64,000 bases of DNA, taken from NCBI GenBank assembly GCA_050250935.1, contig JBFWNS010000006.1, forward strand, positions 92,789-156,788, read 5' to 3'. The position numbers were made by a program, and so were the translations under genes. Shown here one piece after another: positions 48,595 through 56,459 of the stretch (position 1 is the stretch's first letter; every line of letters begins with the position of its first letter). Under the pieces are notes generated by a model, which was not told where the DNA came from, did not search any database, and saw nothing but the letters and a program-made list of their open reading frames with translations. The DNA is from Candidatus Margulisiibacteriota bacterium. Lineage in GTDB: Bacteria; Margulisbacteria; Marinamargulisbacteria; JBFWNS01.

Positions 48595-49077
48595 ATGAAA
48601 ATTCCAACCCAACTCAAACACAAACCCGTGATTGTTTCTGAAGACTACAACTTAATCGACGGTCGAACCGCCCCCGATTCTGAAGCCCAGGGCCTGTCTT
48701 TGGGGCTTGCCCAGTGGAATGACCGTGGTGGTGTGGATATTTCCGCTAAAATCTGGCGCTATACCGGCGAAAAATGGTCCCGCCAATCCGAAGAAATGCC
48801 CCTGCACCGCGTCCTGGATCTAGCCATTCTCATTTGCCAAACCAAACTTTTTTTCAAAGAGCGCTACCACAAAAACGAAAAAGACTACAAAACTTATCCT
48901 GTCCTCAACCGCGTTGGGCTTCAGGGCGGTGCCTTAAACGTGGCCATTTGCGAAGACAACGACCTCATCCAAAAAGATATCGATTTGTTTGAAGCATGCC
49001 TCAACAAAGACGATGAGTTTTTAGGCGAGCGTTTGGCGGTGTTGCATCGGGTGTTGGGGGAGTTGAGGGAGGGGTAA
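48595..49077 (+). CDS. Hypothetical protein (160 aa)
   Basis: ORF preceded by an AT-rich region with repeated taaat(t)actaa motifs. No recognised domain. Confidence 0.35.
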   Translation: MKIPTQLKHKPVIVSEDYNLIDGRTAPDSEAQGLSLGLAQWNDRGGVDISAKIWRYTGEKWSRQSEEMPLHRVLDLAILICQTKLFFKERYHKNEKDYKTYPVLNRVGLQGGALNVAICEDNDLIQKDIDLFEACLNKDDEFLGERLAVLHRVLGELREG

Positions 49078-49106
49078 AGCTGGTTTTGCCAAGCCAAGCT
49101 TGGGGT

Positions 49107-49530
49107 TCAAGTGGTGTGCGACTTCAATAGTTGTTGAACATGCATGGAAAAGCGGGTATTAAACGGTTCATGATTAAACGCGCCATCCAACAGTGCATAG
49201 GAGGGTTCGTCTCGATGGGGAGTCGGATTAAGGGTGTGCCAAAGCGCCGATTCATCGCTGAACTTTGCAATCGCTTCTTTGAGTCGCTGAACAAAAAATA
49301 ACCTTAGGGATTCATCTGCTTCGGTTTCTAAAATGGTGTCATTTAAATCGTTGAATAAGTCGAGTAGTGCTAGAGAAAATGGATTTTTTTCTCTTAAATA
49401 CCGTTCCTTTGAGAGATTGAAGCAGTGGTCTACCAGGTAGGTTTTACAGTCTTTTAGGCCTTGAAAAAGCCCTGTTGGGTTATCCCAAGTGATTCTGTAG
49501 CATTTGTTTTGATGCGGTGTTAAAAGATAG
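49107..49530 (-). pseudogene. Truncated ORF abutting the IS boundary; possibly the C-terminal remnant of the interrupted hipA/hipT-like kinase gene
   Basis: The frame is open right up to, and 4 codons into, the IS3 element end (TTG inside the IS is the only possible start). ...YRITWDNPTG... may correspond to the HipA ...SPAYDLNPT... segment after the catalytic loop. No kinase core is present. Confidence 0.3.
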
Positions 49531-49570
49531 TGTAAAGAGCCCAATCTATGTACCAGTTAAAAATGGAGAG

Positions 49571-50362
49571 CTAAAAAGTGTTTAACAAAGCCCTTGGGGG
49601 GATCCACCCAAGGGCTTTGTGAGGTCGAAAGTGGTTGTAGTCATACATCCATTCGGAGGTTATGTCTCGGACATCGTCTAAGGTTCGAAAGATATACAGG
49701 TCTAAAATGTCCTCACGGTAAGTTTTGTTGAAGCGTTCAATAAAGGCGTTTTGTGTGGGTTTGCCTGGCTTAATGTGTTCCAGTTTGACGCTGTTGGATT
49801 CAGCCCAAGATTCCAACTTAACCGACATAAACTCACGTCCGTTGTCTACTCGAATTTCATCAGGTATACCCCGTTCTTCGGCAATTTGGTTTAAGACCCG
49901 AACCACCCGTTCTGCCGGAATCGAATAGTCAATTTCAATCGCCAACACTTCTCGGTTGTGGTTATCAATGACATTAAGCGTTCTAAACTTTCGGCCCATC
50001 TCCAAACTGTCCGACATAAAATCCATGGACCAGGTCCCATTCGCTTTTTGAGGGACTTCCAACCGTTTTGGCGTTCTATTGGGAAGGCGTTTTTTTGGCT
50101 TAATCCGGTGTTTTAATTTCAGCTCTCGGTAAATCCGTCGAACCCGCTTGTGGTTCCAATGGTGCCCTTGCAATTTCAGCCAATCATAGATCTTGCCAAA
50201 GCCCCATCGTAACTTGCTCTCGGCTAGCCGACTCACCACTTCGATGACTTCCCTGTCGCCTTCTCGAATCGATTTATACCCAAATGTCCCTCGGTTCACC
50301 CATACCAATTCACACACTCGCCGTATTGAATACCCTTGCGTTTTGAGAATATGGTGTACCAA
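49571..50362 (-). CDS. IS3-family transposase OrfB (DDE integrase domain)
   Basis: ...NVIDNHNREVLAIEID... and RVDNGREFMS are rve-domain motifs. Confidence 0.85.
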   Translation of the reverse strand: MVHHILKTQGYSIRRVCELVWVNRGTFGYKSIREGDREVIEVVSRLAESKLRWGFGKIYDWLKLQGHHWNHKRVRRIYRELKLKHRIKPKKRLPNRTPKRLEVPQKANGTWSMDFMSDSLEMGRKFRTLNVIDNHNREVLAIEIDYSIPAERVVRVLNQIAEERGIPDEIRVDNGREFMSVKLESWAESNSVKLEHIKPGKPTQNAFIERFNKTYREDILDLYIFRTLDDVRDITSEWMYDYNHFRPHKALGWIPPRALLNTF

Positions 50363-50382
50363 CTCCCGTTTCGCTTCGGGCT

Positions 50383-50670
50383 TTAGAGCTTTTTTTCGAT
50401 CAGCTGCTGCAACACTTCTTTATCCATACAGACTTCGGCATACATCTTTTTAAGTCGTCGGTTTTCTTCTTCCAAACCCTTTAGCTTTTTCATCATCGGC
50501 AGGTCCATCCCGCCATATTTTGACCGCCAGCTGTAGTAGGTCGGCTGGCTGACTTTGTACTCCCGACACAACTCTGCTACTGGCATCCCGCTTTCTCCAA
50601 GTTTTAATATCTTGAAGATCTCACCTTCGCTGAATTTGCTCCGCTTCATTCGCCACTCCTTTTTAAACAT
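50383..50670 (-). CDS. IS3-family transposase OrfA (HTH)
   Basis: MKRSKFSEGEIFKILKLGESGMPVAELCREYKVSQPTYYSWRSKYGG, then a leucine zipper. It ends at the slippery GAAAAAAAG (50391-50399 on the minus strand) used for -1 frameshifting into orfB. Confidence 0.85.
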   Translation of the reverse strand: MFKKEWRMKRSKFSEGEIFKILKLGESGMPVAELCREYKVSQPTYYSWRSKYGGMDLPMMKKLKGLEEENRRLKKMYAEVCMDKEVLQQLIEKKL

Positions 50671-50724
50671 AGGCTTTCGCCTATCTTATTTTATATTTTT
50701 CTGTGGCTCAATTTTAGGGGATGC

Positions 50725-50988
50725 TTACACAAAATCATTTTGTTCAGAAAGGCCGAGCTTTTTTGTGATGGCGGTTCGTATGGCACCTTCCGGTAAAAGA
50801 TTGGCGAAGAAAAATCTGACCGAATCACCTTGATGTGGTGCTTGTTGTAATGGCAAAGATACTGAAATGGGCTGTTTTTCCTGGTTTAGCCAGGATGGGT
50901 CATACTGTAAAAACCACTGTGCCCCTTCCTTCCCCAGGTGGGCGACCAATTTTTCTTCCCAAAAAACATACAGTAGCTGTTTAGACAC
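50725..50988 (-). pseudogene. HipA N-terminal subdomain (HipS-like) fragment, truncated exactly at the IS3 right end
   Basis: ...PISVSLPLQQAPHQGDSVRFFFANLLPEGAIRTAITKKLGLSEQNDF matches the HipA_N conserved core (SLPL...FF.NLLPEG..R......s..NDF/FDLL). The stop codon is contributed by the IS terminal TTACA. Confidence 0.6.
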
Positions 50989-51238
50989 GGGTTGACTTGG
51001 ATTGAATCACAATAAACAACCCCAATCCTTTTAAAATGCTAATCACTTTAGAGAGCGAAACCGTAGGCTTTCCGTTTTCCAACTCAGACAAAAAGCGAAC
51101 CCCCACATTACATAAAGCGGCGGTTTCGGCTTGTCTTAGCCCCATTCGTTTTCTGGTCGCTCGGATGATGAGGCCGAGTTCTTTGGGGGTGTCTATAATA
51201 GTCCCGTTCGGGAAAATAGTGGTGCTTTTGGTGTTCAT
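50981..51238 (-). CDS. hipB: XRE-family HTH protein (HipB-like antitoxin)
   Basis: LGLIIRATRKRMGLRQAETAALCNVGVRFLSELENGKPTVSL is a Cro/C1-type HTH. It overlaps the downstream HipA_N fragment by 8 nt. Confidence 0.65.
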   Translation of the reverse strand: MNTKSTTIFPNGTIIDTPKELGLIIRATRKRMGLRQAETAALCNVGVRFLSELENGKPTVSLSKVISILKGLGLFIVIQSKSTRV

Positions 51239-51347
51239 GTGGTTAATTTGTTCCCGATCGGGAATAATATAGCAGACTTAATTCAAAAAGGCTACTATTA
51301 TCCCGATCGGGAATATAAAAGTCCCTTAAAAAGCCCTTAGTCAGAGA

Positions 51348-52322
51348 CTAAACCTGATCACAAAGCACAGTCAGTAGTTGGGTCGCCTTTCCGTGCCGGG
51401 CCCATCCGTACATATCCTCTCGATTGCGAGGGGGTTGGCTTAAAATAGAGAGGAGCAATTGCCCATCGTGGCCAATGCAGAATGGGGCTTTGTATTCGCC
51501 GTGTGCGCCATTGAAGGTCACGATATAAACGGCTTTAATGTCGCTGAATTTTAGGTCTATTTGGTCTGGGTCTTGAGTCAGCAAAAGCCCGTTTGGTGAA
51601 ATCTCGGCTTCTTCAAGCGAGCTGTTGCGTTGAAAGATGACCGAGGGTGTTCCCATGCTGAGGAGAAGGTCGGTTTTGGTTTTCTGGAGTTCAGTTAACA
51701 TGTGGACCAGGGGTTCTGAAACGCTGGTTAATGGGCGTACTGAGTCAGTGGCTTTACTGAGCAAGGTTAGGACGTCTTCCATGGTTTTGCCGGTGGTTAG
51801 GCGGACAATATCGGGGGCATGAGGGTGGCCTAAAACCCAAGCGCTTACGCAACCATACTCTAAGGGAACGGGTGGGGTGGTGCTGGGGCTGGTGCTTTGC
51901 AAGAGTGGGGGTGTCTCAATGGGGTCGGCAGGGGTAAGGGTTGCCACGATGGTGCCGTTCGGATTACACAGGTAAATGGTTTGGGGTGTGGTTGACGAGA
52001 CATGGGCTGTGGCACCGGGATACGACCGCAGCAAAATACCCTCAAGCCAAAATTGACCTGTTACGTCAGAAATACCTGCTTTTACGTCGGCAGGAATACT
52101 ACGCATAAATGCTTTAAGCGGTGCTTCGCTTCCCCCAATAACCGTTCCCGATGTGCGGTATGACCCACTTCCTACCTGAACTTCGCCACTAACCATGGTT
52201 CCCTCTAAGGCCTTTAAAACACCCAAAAGAGAGGTCGGTGTAGCCGAAGCATCCAAGGTTGTAAGGGATTGTCCTAATGGGGAAACAGTGAGGGGTTGGG
52301 GCGTGGCAAGGACTTTGAACAT
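51348..52322 (-). CDS. Hypothetical Ser/Thr/Pro-rich protein (324 aa), first gene of the hipB-containing transcription unit
   Basis: No recognisable motif. Low-complexity STP-rich stretches (TTPQTIY..., QSTSPSTTPPVP). Confidence 0.4.
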   Translation of the reverse strand: MFKVLATPQPLTVSPLGQSLTTLDASATPTSLLGVLKALEGTMVSGEVQVGSGSYRTSGTVIGGSEAPLKAFMRSIPADVKAGISDVTGQFWLEGILLRSYPGATAHVSSTTPQTIYLCNPNGTIVATLTPADPIETPPLLQSTSPSTTPPVPLEYGCVSAWVLGHPHAPDIVRLTTGKTMEDVLTLLSKATDSVRPLTSVSEPLVHMLTELQKTKTDLLLSMGTPSVIFQRNSSLEEAEISPNGLLLTQDPDQIDLKFSDIKAVYIVTFNGAHGEYKAPFCIGHDGQLLLSILSQPPRNREDMYGWARHGKATQLLTVLCDQV

Positions 52323-52367
52323 GTGGGTATCCTTTAATGGTTGGGGATGTAAAAATTTTGTCTAGTT

Positions 52368-52423
52368 TATCATGTTGATACTATACAAGTCATTTCTCGG
52401 GTCATTTCCCGTGTCATTCGCCC
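52368..52423. promoter_or_regulatory. Palindrome TATCATGTTGATA plus three tandem imperfect 12-bp repeats (GTCATTTCTCGG/GTCATTTCCCGT/GTCATTCGCCC) upstream of the 324-aa/hipB operon
   Basis: Read directly at 52368-52380 and 52389-52423. The repeats lie between the pirin stop and the start of the 324-aa gene (52322, minus strand). Confidence 0.4.
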
Positions 52424-53337
52424 GGCAACGGAATAAACTCCCCCAAATCTGTTGGAATCTTGGGGAATTGTTGGGCTTTCCATCGTTTTTTGGCGTCTTC
52501 AATGCGGTCTTTGTCGCTGGCGACCAGGTTCCACCAAATGTGCCGAGGCCCGTCCATGGCAGCGCCGCCCAGCAGCATAAACCGAACGTGGGTATGGGCT
52601 GTGACATCCACCGATTTTTGGGGTTTTAGGACGATCATTTTGGGTTGGTCGGGGGCGGTGGGGCGATAACCGGCCACATCCAGATCGCCGGACAAAATAT
52701 ACAAGGCCCGTTCTTCAACCTCGGCAGGAATGCAGAGTTTTGAGCCGGGTTCTAGGGTAATGTCGGCATAAAGGGTTTCGTGGGGGAAGGGGGTGGGGGC
52801 TTTTTCGCCCAGCAACTGGCCGGTAATCAGGGTAATGCGGGTGCCGGTGTCTTGTAACTGGGGTAGCGTGGCGGTGTGGGTGAAGGTGGGCGTGCAGTCT
52901 TCCAAATGTTTGGGCAGGGCTAGCCAAGATTGAATGCCAAACAGGGCGCTGTCGTGTTGGCGCAGGGGTTGGGGTGTACGTTCGGAATGGACAATGCCGT
53001 TGCCTGCCGTCATCAGGTTCATTTCACCGGGTTTAATCACCATGTTGGTGCCCAGCGAATCCTGATGCTGAACCTCGCCCTTAAACAAATAGGTCAGGGT
53101 CGATAAGCCAATGTGTGGGTGAGGCCGAACGTCCAGCCCACTGCCCGTAATAAACTCCCCAGGCCCCATTTGATCCCAAAAAATAAAGGGACCCACCATT
53201 TGCCGATCTTTGGCCGGTAAGGCACGGTGAACCTGAAAATTCCCAATATCGCCCAGGCGCGGCAAAATGACCGTTTCGACATGCTCAAATGCGGCGCTGG
53301 CTTGATCGTCGGGGGTGGGGCAGTTGAAGTAGCTCAT
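52414..53337 (-). CDS. Pirin family (bicupin) protein
   Basis: ...DVRPHPHIGLSTLTYLFKGEVQHQDSLG... is the pirin N-terminal cupin with metal ligands. 307 aa. Confidence 0.8.
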   Translation of the reverse strand: MSYFNCPTPDDQASAAFEHVETVILPRLGDIGNFQVHRALPAKDRQMVGPFIFWDQMGPGEFITGSGLDVRPHPHIGLSTLTYLFKGEVQHQDSLGTNMVIKPGEMNLMTAGNGIVHSERTPQPLRQHDSALFGIQSWLALPKHLEDCTPTFTHTATLPQLQDTGTRITLITGQLLGEKAPTPFPHETLYADITLEPGSKLCIPAEVEERALYILSGDLDVAGYRPTAPDQPKMIVLKPQKSVDVTAHTHVRFMLLGGAAMDGPRHIWWNLVASDKDRIEDAKKRWKAQQFPKIPTDLGEFIPLPGE

Positions 53338-53838
53338 GGGGTTTTTGGGGCGAGTTCTGCCAATAAACTTTCAATATTCAACGCTTTGGTGAACATGTCT
53401 AGGCTGCCGTCGGCGCGGCTGGGCCATTGGTCTTTAGGGCGGTCCCAGTAGAGTTCGACGCCGTTTTGGTCTGGGTCGTTGAGGTATAAGGCTTCGGAGA
53501 CGCCATGGTTGCTGGCACCGGTCAGCGGATAGTTTTCGGCCATGAGTCGGGCCAGTACCGTGGCCAAGTCTTTGCGGGTGGGGTACAAAATGGCGGTGTG
53601 AAACAGGCCGGGGCTGGTGACGGGGGCAGGGTTCTGGCCTTGGCTGTACCAGGTATTTAACCCGATATGGTGGGTGGTAGCCGCCAGCCGACAAAAAAGC
53701 GGCCTGAGCCCCTATTTTTAGGGTGACTTCAAAGCCCAATAAATCCCGATAAAACCCCAACGCTCGGTCCAAATCAGCTACTTTCAAATGCACATGGCCA
53801 ATACGGGTTTGGGTGGGTAGGGTGTAGGGAGTGTTCAT
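53334..53838 (-). pseudogene. VOC/glyoxalase-family (CatE-like) gene disrupted by a +1 frameshift (extra C in a CACCACCC tract)
   Basis: The N-terminal part MNTPYTLPTQTRIGHVHLKVADLDRALGFYRDLLGFEV...AGGYH runs into the wrong frame. Frame +1 continues HHIGLNTWQSQGQNPAPVTSPGLFHTAILYPTRKDLATV... to the stop at 53334. The junction is at ~53667-53682. Confidence 0.6.
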
Positions 53839-55040
53839 GAGTGTCCTCCTAATGATTTTGGATTTTTCTCCACCAAACTCCACACCCCCAATACCCCCAA
53901 CAGCGGAAGTGGCAATAAGACCAGGGTTTTCCAGCCCACGGCAAACAGTAACCATCCTGCCCCTAGGCTGGCGATGGCTTGGGTGCCGAAGACCAGCAGG
54001 TCGTTCAGACCTTGGGCTTTAAACCGTTCCGGACCGGTGAAGTCTACTGAAATTCGGGTGGAGCCGGCTAGGTATAAAAAATTCCAACCAATGCCCAATA
54101 GGACCAGGGCTATCCAATAGCTGGGCAGTTGGCGGCTTAAAAATGCGCAAAGGATGCTGGCGAAAAAAATAAAAATGCCTGCCAGTGTGAGCTTTTTGAG
54201 CCCGATTTTAGCAAGCAGGAGGCCACTGAATAGGGAGGGTAAAAACATGGCGATGATGTGGCTTTGAATAATGAAGGTGGTGTTCGGCTTCGAAAAATGA
54301 CAGAGGGTGTGCATTTGAAGTGGGGTTGCCGACATGAGCAAGGTCATGGTGGCAAAGGCGGTGATCCCGCTTAGTGCAGCCAGTAAAAACTGGGGCTGGG
54401 TTGTGATAGGTGAGGCCACTGCCAAGGGGGTTTCTCCACCGCGGCTTTGTCTTGGGGGTGGTGTGGGGGTGATGCCTAGTAAAAGCCCGCCACTGACGAT
54501 GAGCCCTAGGCCCAACAGCAGCAAGGAGCCCAGGTAATCGGTTGTGAATAAAGTCTGTCCATACAGGGTCATACCAGGACCAATGATGGCGGAAAAGAGA
54601 CTGAACATTAAAACCCAAGAGTGAACCAGGGCTTTTTCGGTGTTGGTTTGCTCGGCGGCGGTAAATCGAATCTGATTGGTAAATGCAATGCCGCCTCCCG
54701 ACACCAAATTCCCCAAACAAAACACGCTAAACTGGGTCTTGATTAACCCCACGCCCAAAAGACCAATTCCCAATAGGCTGAGCAGTAGGCCTGCCAAATG
54801 CCCTTTTTTGCGACCGATTTTGGAAAAAATCCAGGTTGAAACCGGACTGCAGGCGGCTACCCCAACAATCATGGCGGCCATGGGCAGGGTGGACAGTACC
54901 AAGGTTGGTGCCAACTCGACGCCCTTAAGCCCGCTGATTAAAAACAAAACCGGACCGGTAGAGCCTGCCAATGCTTGAACCAGGAGCAAGCATAAAAGGT
55001 TTCGGTTAAACGTTGGCAGCCAGTGCATCCTTAGAACCAA
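53835..55040 (-). CDS. MFS transporter (12 TMS)
   Basis: 401 aa and hydrophobic, with MFS motif-A-like GxxxxKIGRKKG. Its stop overlaps the VOC start (4 bp). Confidence 0.7.
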   Translation of the reverse strand: MVLRMHWLPTFNRNLLCLLLVQALAGSTGPVLFLISGLKGVELAPTLVLSTLPMAAMIVGVAACSPVSTWIFSKIGRKKGHLAGLLLSLLGIGLLGVGLIKTQFSVFCLGNLVSGGGIAFTNQIRFTAAEQTNTEKALVHSWVLMFSLFSAIIGPGMTLYGQTLFTTDYLGSLLLLGLGLIVSGGLLLGITPTPPPRQSRGGETPLAVASPITTQPQFLLAALSGITAFATMTLLMSATPLQMHTLCHFSKPNTTFIIQSHIIAMFLPSLFSGLLLAKIGLKKLTLAGIFIFFASILCAFLSRQLPSYWIALVLLGIGWNFLYLAGSTRISVDFTGPERFKAQGLNDLLVFGTQAIASLGAGWLLFAVGWKTLVLLPLPLLGVLGVWSLVEKNPKSLGGHS

Positions 55041-55669
55041 TAATCCGGGTAATGCCGGTTTTTGACAGTGTTGTTGGTGAGGTAGGCAATGGCAACCATG
55101 ATCACCGCTCCCAATAAGACCGGCGATAAAATATAGCGAAAGCCCAGCGAATAAATCCGCTCACCGCCAATAATGGCAATGAGTGCGGTTGCTCCACCGG
55201 GCGGGTGCAGGGTTTTGGTCAGGTGCATGCCTGCAATCGCACACGAAACCGCCAAAGCCGATCCCAACCAAATGGGCTGGGGCAGCGCCAAATGAATACA
55301 GACCCCACAAAGGGCCGAAATTACATGCCCACCAATGATATTTCGAGGCTGGGCCAACGGGCTTCGCGGTGCCCCATAAGCCAAAACTGCAGAGGCTCCG
55401 AATGACCCGATCATGATTAATAAAGAGGGTTCAAACAGGTGTAACAGTCCCAAAGCCGCAATCCCAATAAACGAAAACACCCAAGAAAACAAAATCTCAT
55501 GCCAGTTGGCAAAGGGAATGAGGGGCCAGTTGTGTTTCTTTTTGCGGTCCTGCCGGTTTTTTTCCAAGAGTGTTACAAGTTCAGCAACGTCATCCACCGT
55601 GATATCCACAAACCCATCCATTTTGCTGATGGCGGTTTCAATTTCTGTTTTGGTGTAAGGGGTTGGCAT
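55031..55669 (-). CDS. HPP family membrane protein
   Basis: ...MHLTKTLHPPGGATALIAIIGG... is the diagnostic HPPGGAT motif. It has a soluble N-terminal extension. Confidence 0.7.
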   Translation of the reverse strand: MPTPYTKTEIETAISKMDGFVDITVDDVAELVTLLEKNRQDRKKKHNWPLIPFANWHEILFSWVFSFIGIAALGLLHLFEPSLLIMIGSFGASAVLAYGAPRSPLAQPRNIIGGHVISALCGVCIHLALPQPIWLGSALAVSCAIAGMHLTKTLHPPGGATALIAIIGGERIYSLGFRYILSPVLLGAVIMVAIAYLTNNTVKNRHYPDYWF

Positions 55670-55779
55670 GGGGTTTAAAGTTTAATACTGGGGTTCTGGA
55701 TAGGTCAAAGGTTGGAAAGTAAGGTATTCTTTCAGTTTTCTTTCGGTGGTGGTTCTGGATAGTGATCCATGGTGTTTCA

Positions 55780-55986
55780 CTAGTGGTCATAATTTATAAG
55801 GGGGTTTTGGTCGCGGTGTGTTGGGTTAAATCGATGGTAATATTTTTTGGGTTGGGCTAGGGCATAGGTTGTGGGCTCGCTTGGGGATGTGGCGGCTGTG
55901 CACCCCATGAGGGGTGTCAGGAAAAGACCTATCAAAAAAAAGAGCAGGGTTCTGTTGAGAGGGTTGATTTTCATGGGTTTTAACAA
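55780..55986 (-). CDS. Small putative lipoprotein (lipobox L-M-G-C)
   Basis: LLFFLIGLFLTPLMGCTAATSP is a signal peptide with a lipobox. Confidence 0.35.
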   Translation of the reverse strand: MLKPMKINPLNRTLLFFLIGLFLTPLMGCTAATSPSEPTTYALAQPKKYYHRFNPTHRDQNPLINYDH

Positions 55987-55998
55987 TTAAATTGTGCT

Positions 55999-56397
55999 TT
56001 ATTTTAGAGAATGTAGACCGAACATATTGCCTTCGGAATCAAAAACAATCGAGATAAACCCATATTGGCCAATCGAAAATTTGGTTTTTTCGACTTTTCC
56101 GCCGTTGGCTTGGATTCGAGATTCTTCCACCACACAATCGTCGCAAGAAAAATAAACCAGAACGCTGTTTTTTCCTGCAGACATGCCAGGCATTTTAACC
56201 AGGGCACCACCGGCGCCGTACAGGTTCATGTCGGCTGGGAAGGACCACATTTCGAAGCCAGGAATACCGGCATCGGATTCTCCGATTCGGTCGAAGGACA
56301 CTTTGAAGACCCCTTCGTAGAAGCGTTTGGCTCTGGCCATATCCTCTACATAAATTTCGAACCAACCCACTGGATTTTTCGCAACTGTATTTGACAT
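55999..56397 (-). CDS. VOC family protein (glyoxalase/bleomycin-resistance fold)
   Basis: 132 aa: ...GWFEIYVEDMARAKRFYEGVF... with paired beta-alpha-beta-beta-beta modules. Confidence 0.65.
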   Translation of the reverse strand: MSNTVAKNPVGWFEIYVEDMARAKRFYEGVFKVSFDRIGESDAGIPGFEMWSFPADMNLYGAGGALVKMPGMSAGKNSVLVYFSCDDCVVEESRIQANGGKVEKTKFSIGQYGFISIVFDSEGNMFGLHSLK

Positions 56398-56459
56398 ATC
56401 AAACTCCTTTCAAATTTTTCATCAGTTTATCGGTTTGTTGTGACAACCGTGTGTCATAG

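Larger units (their letters stand above)
49531..50729 (-). mobile_element. IS3-family insertion sequence (~1.2 kb) with orfA/orfB and an A7 slippery site
   Basis: Ends TGTAAAGAGCCCAA... (49531) and ...rc TGTAAGCATCCCC (50729) are imperfect terminal inverted repeats. orfA at 50383-50670 has an HTH. orfB at 49571-50362 has a DDE (IS3 type, ...VDNGREF...). The same left end recurs at 63874. Confidence 0.85.
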
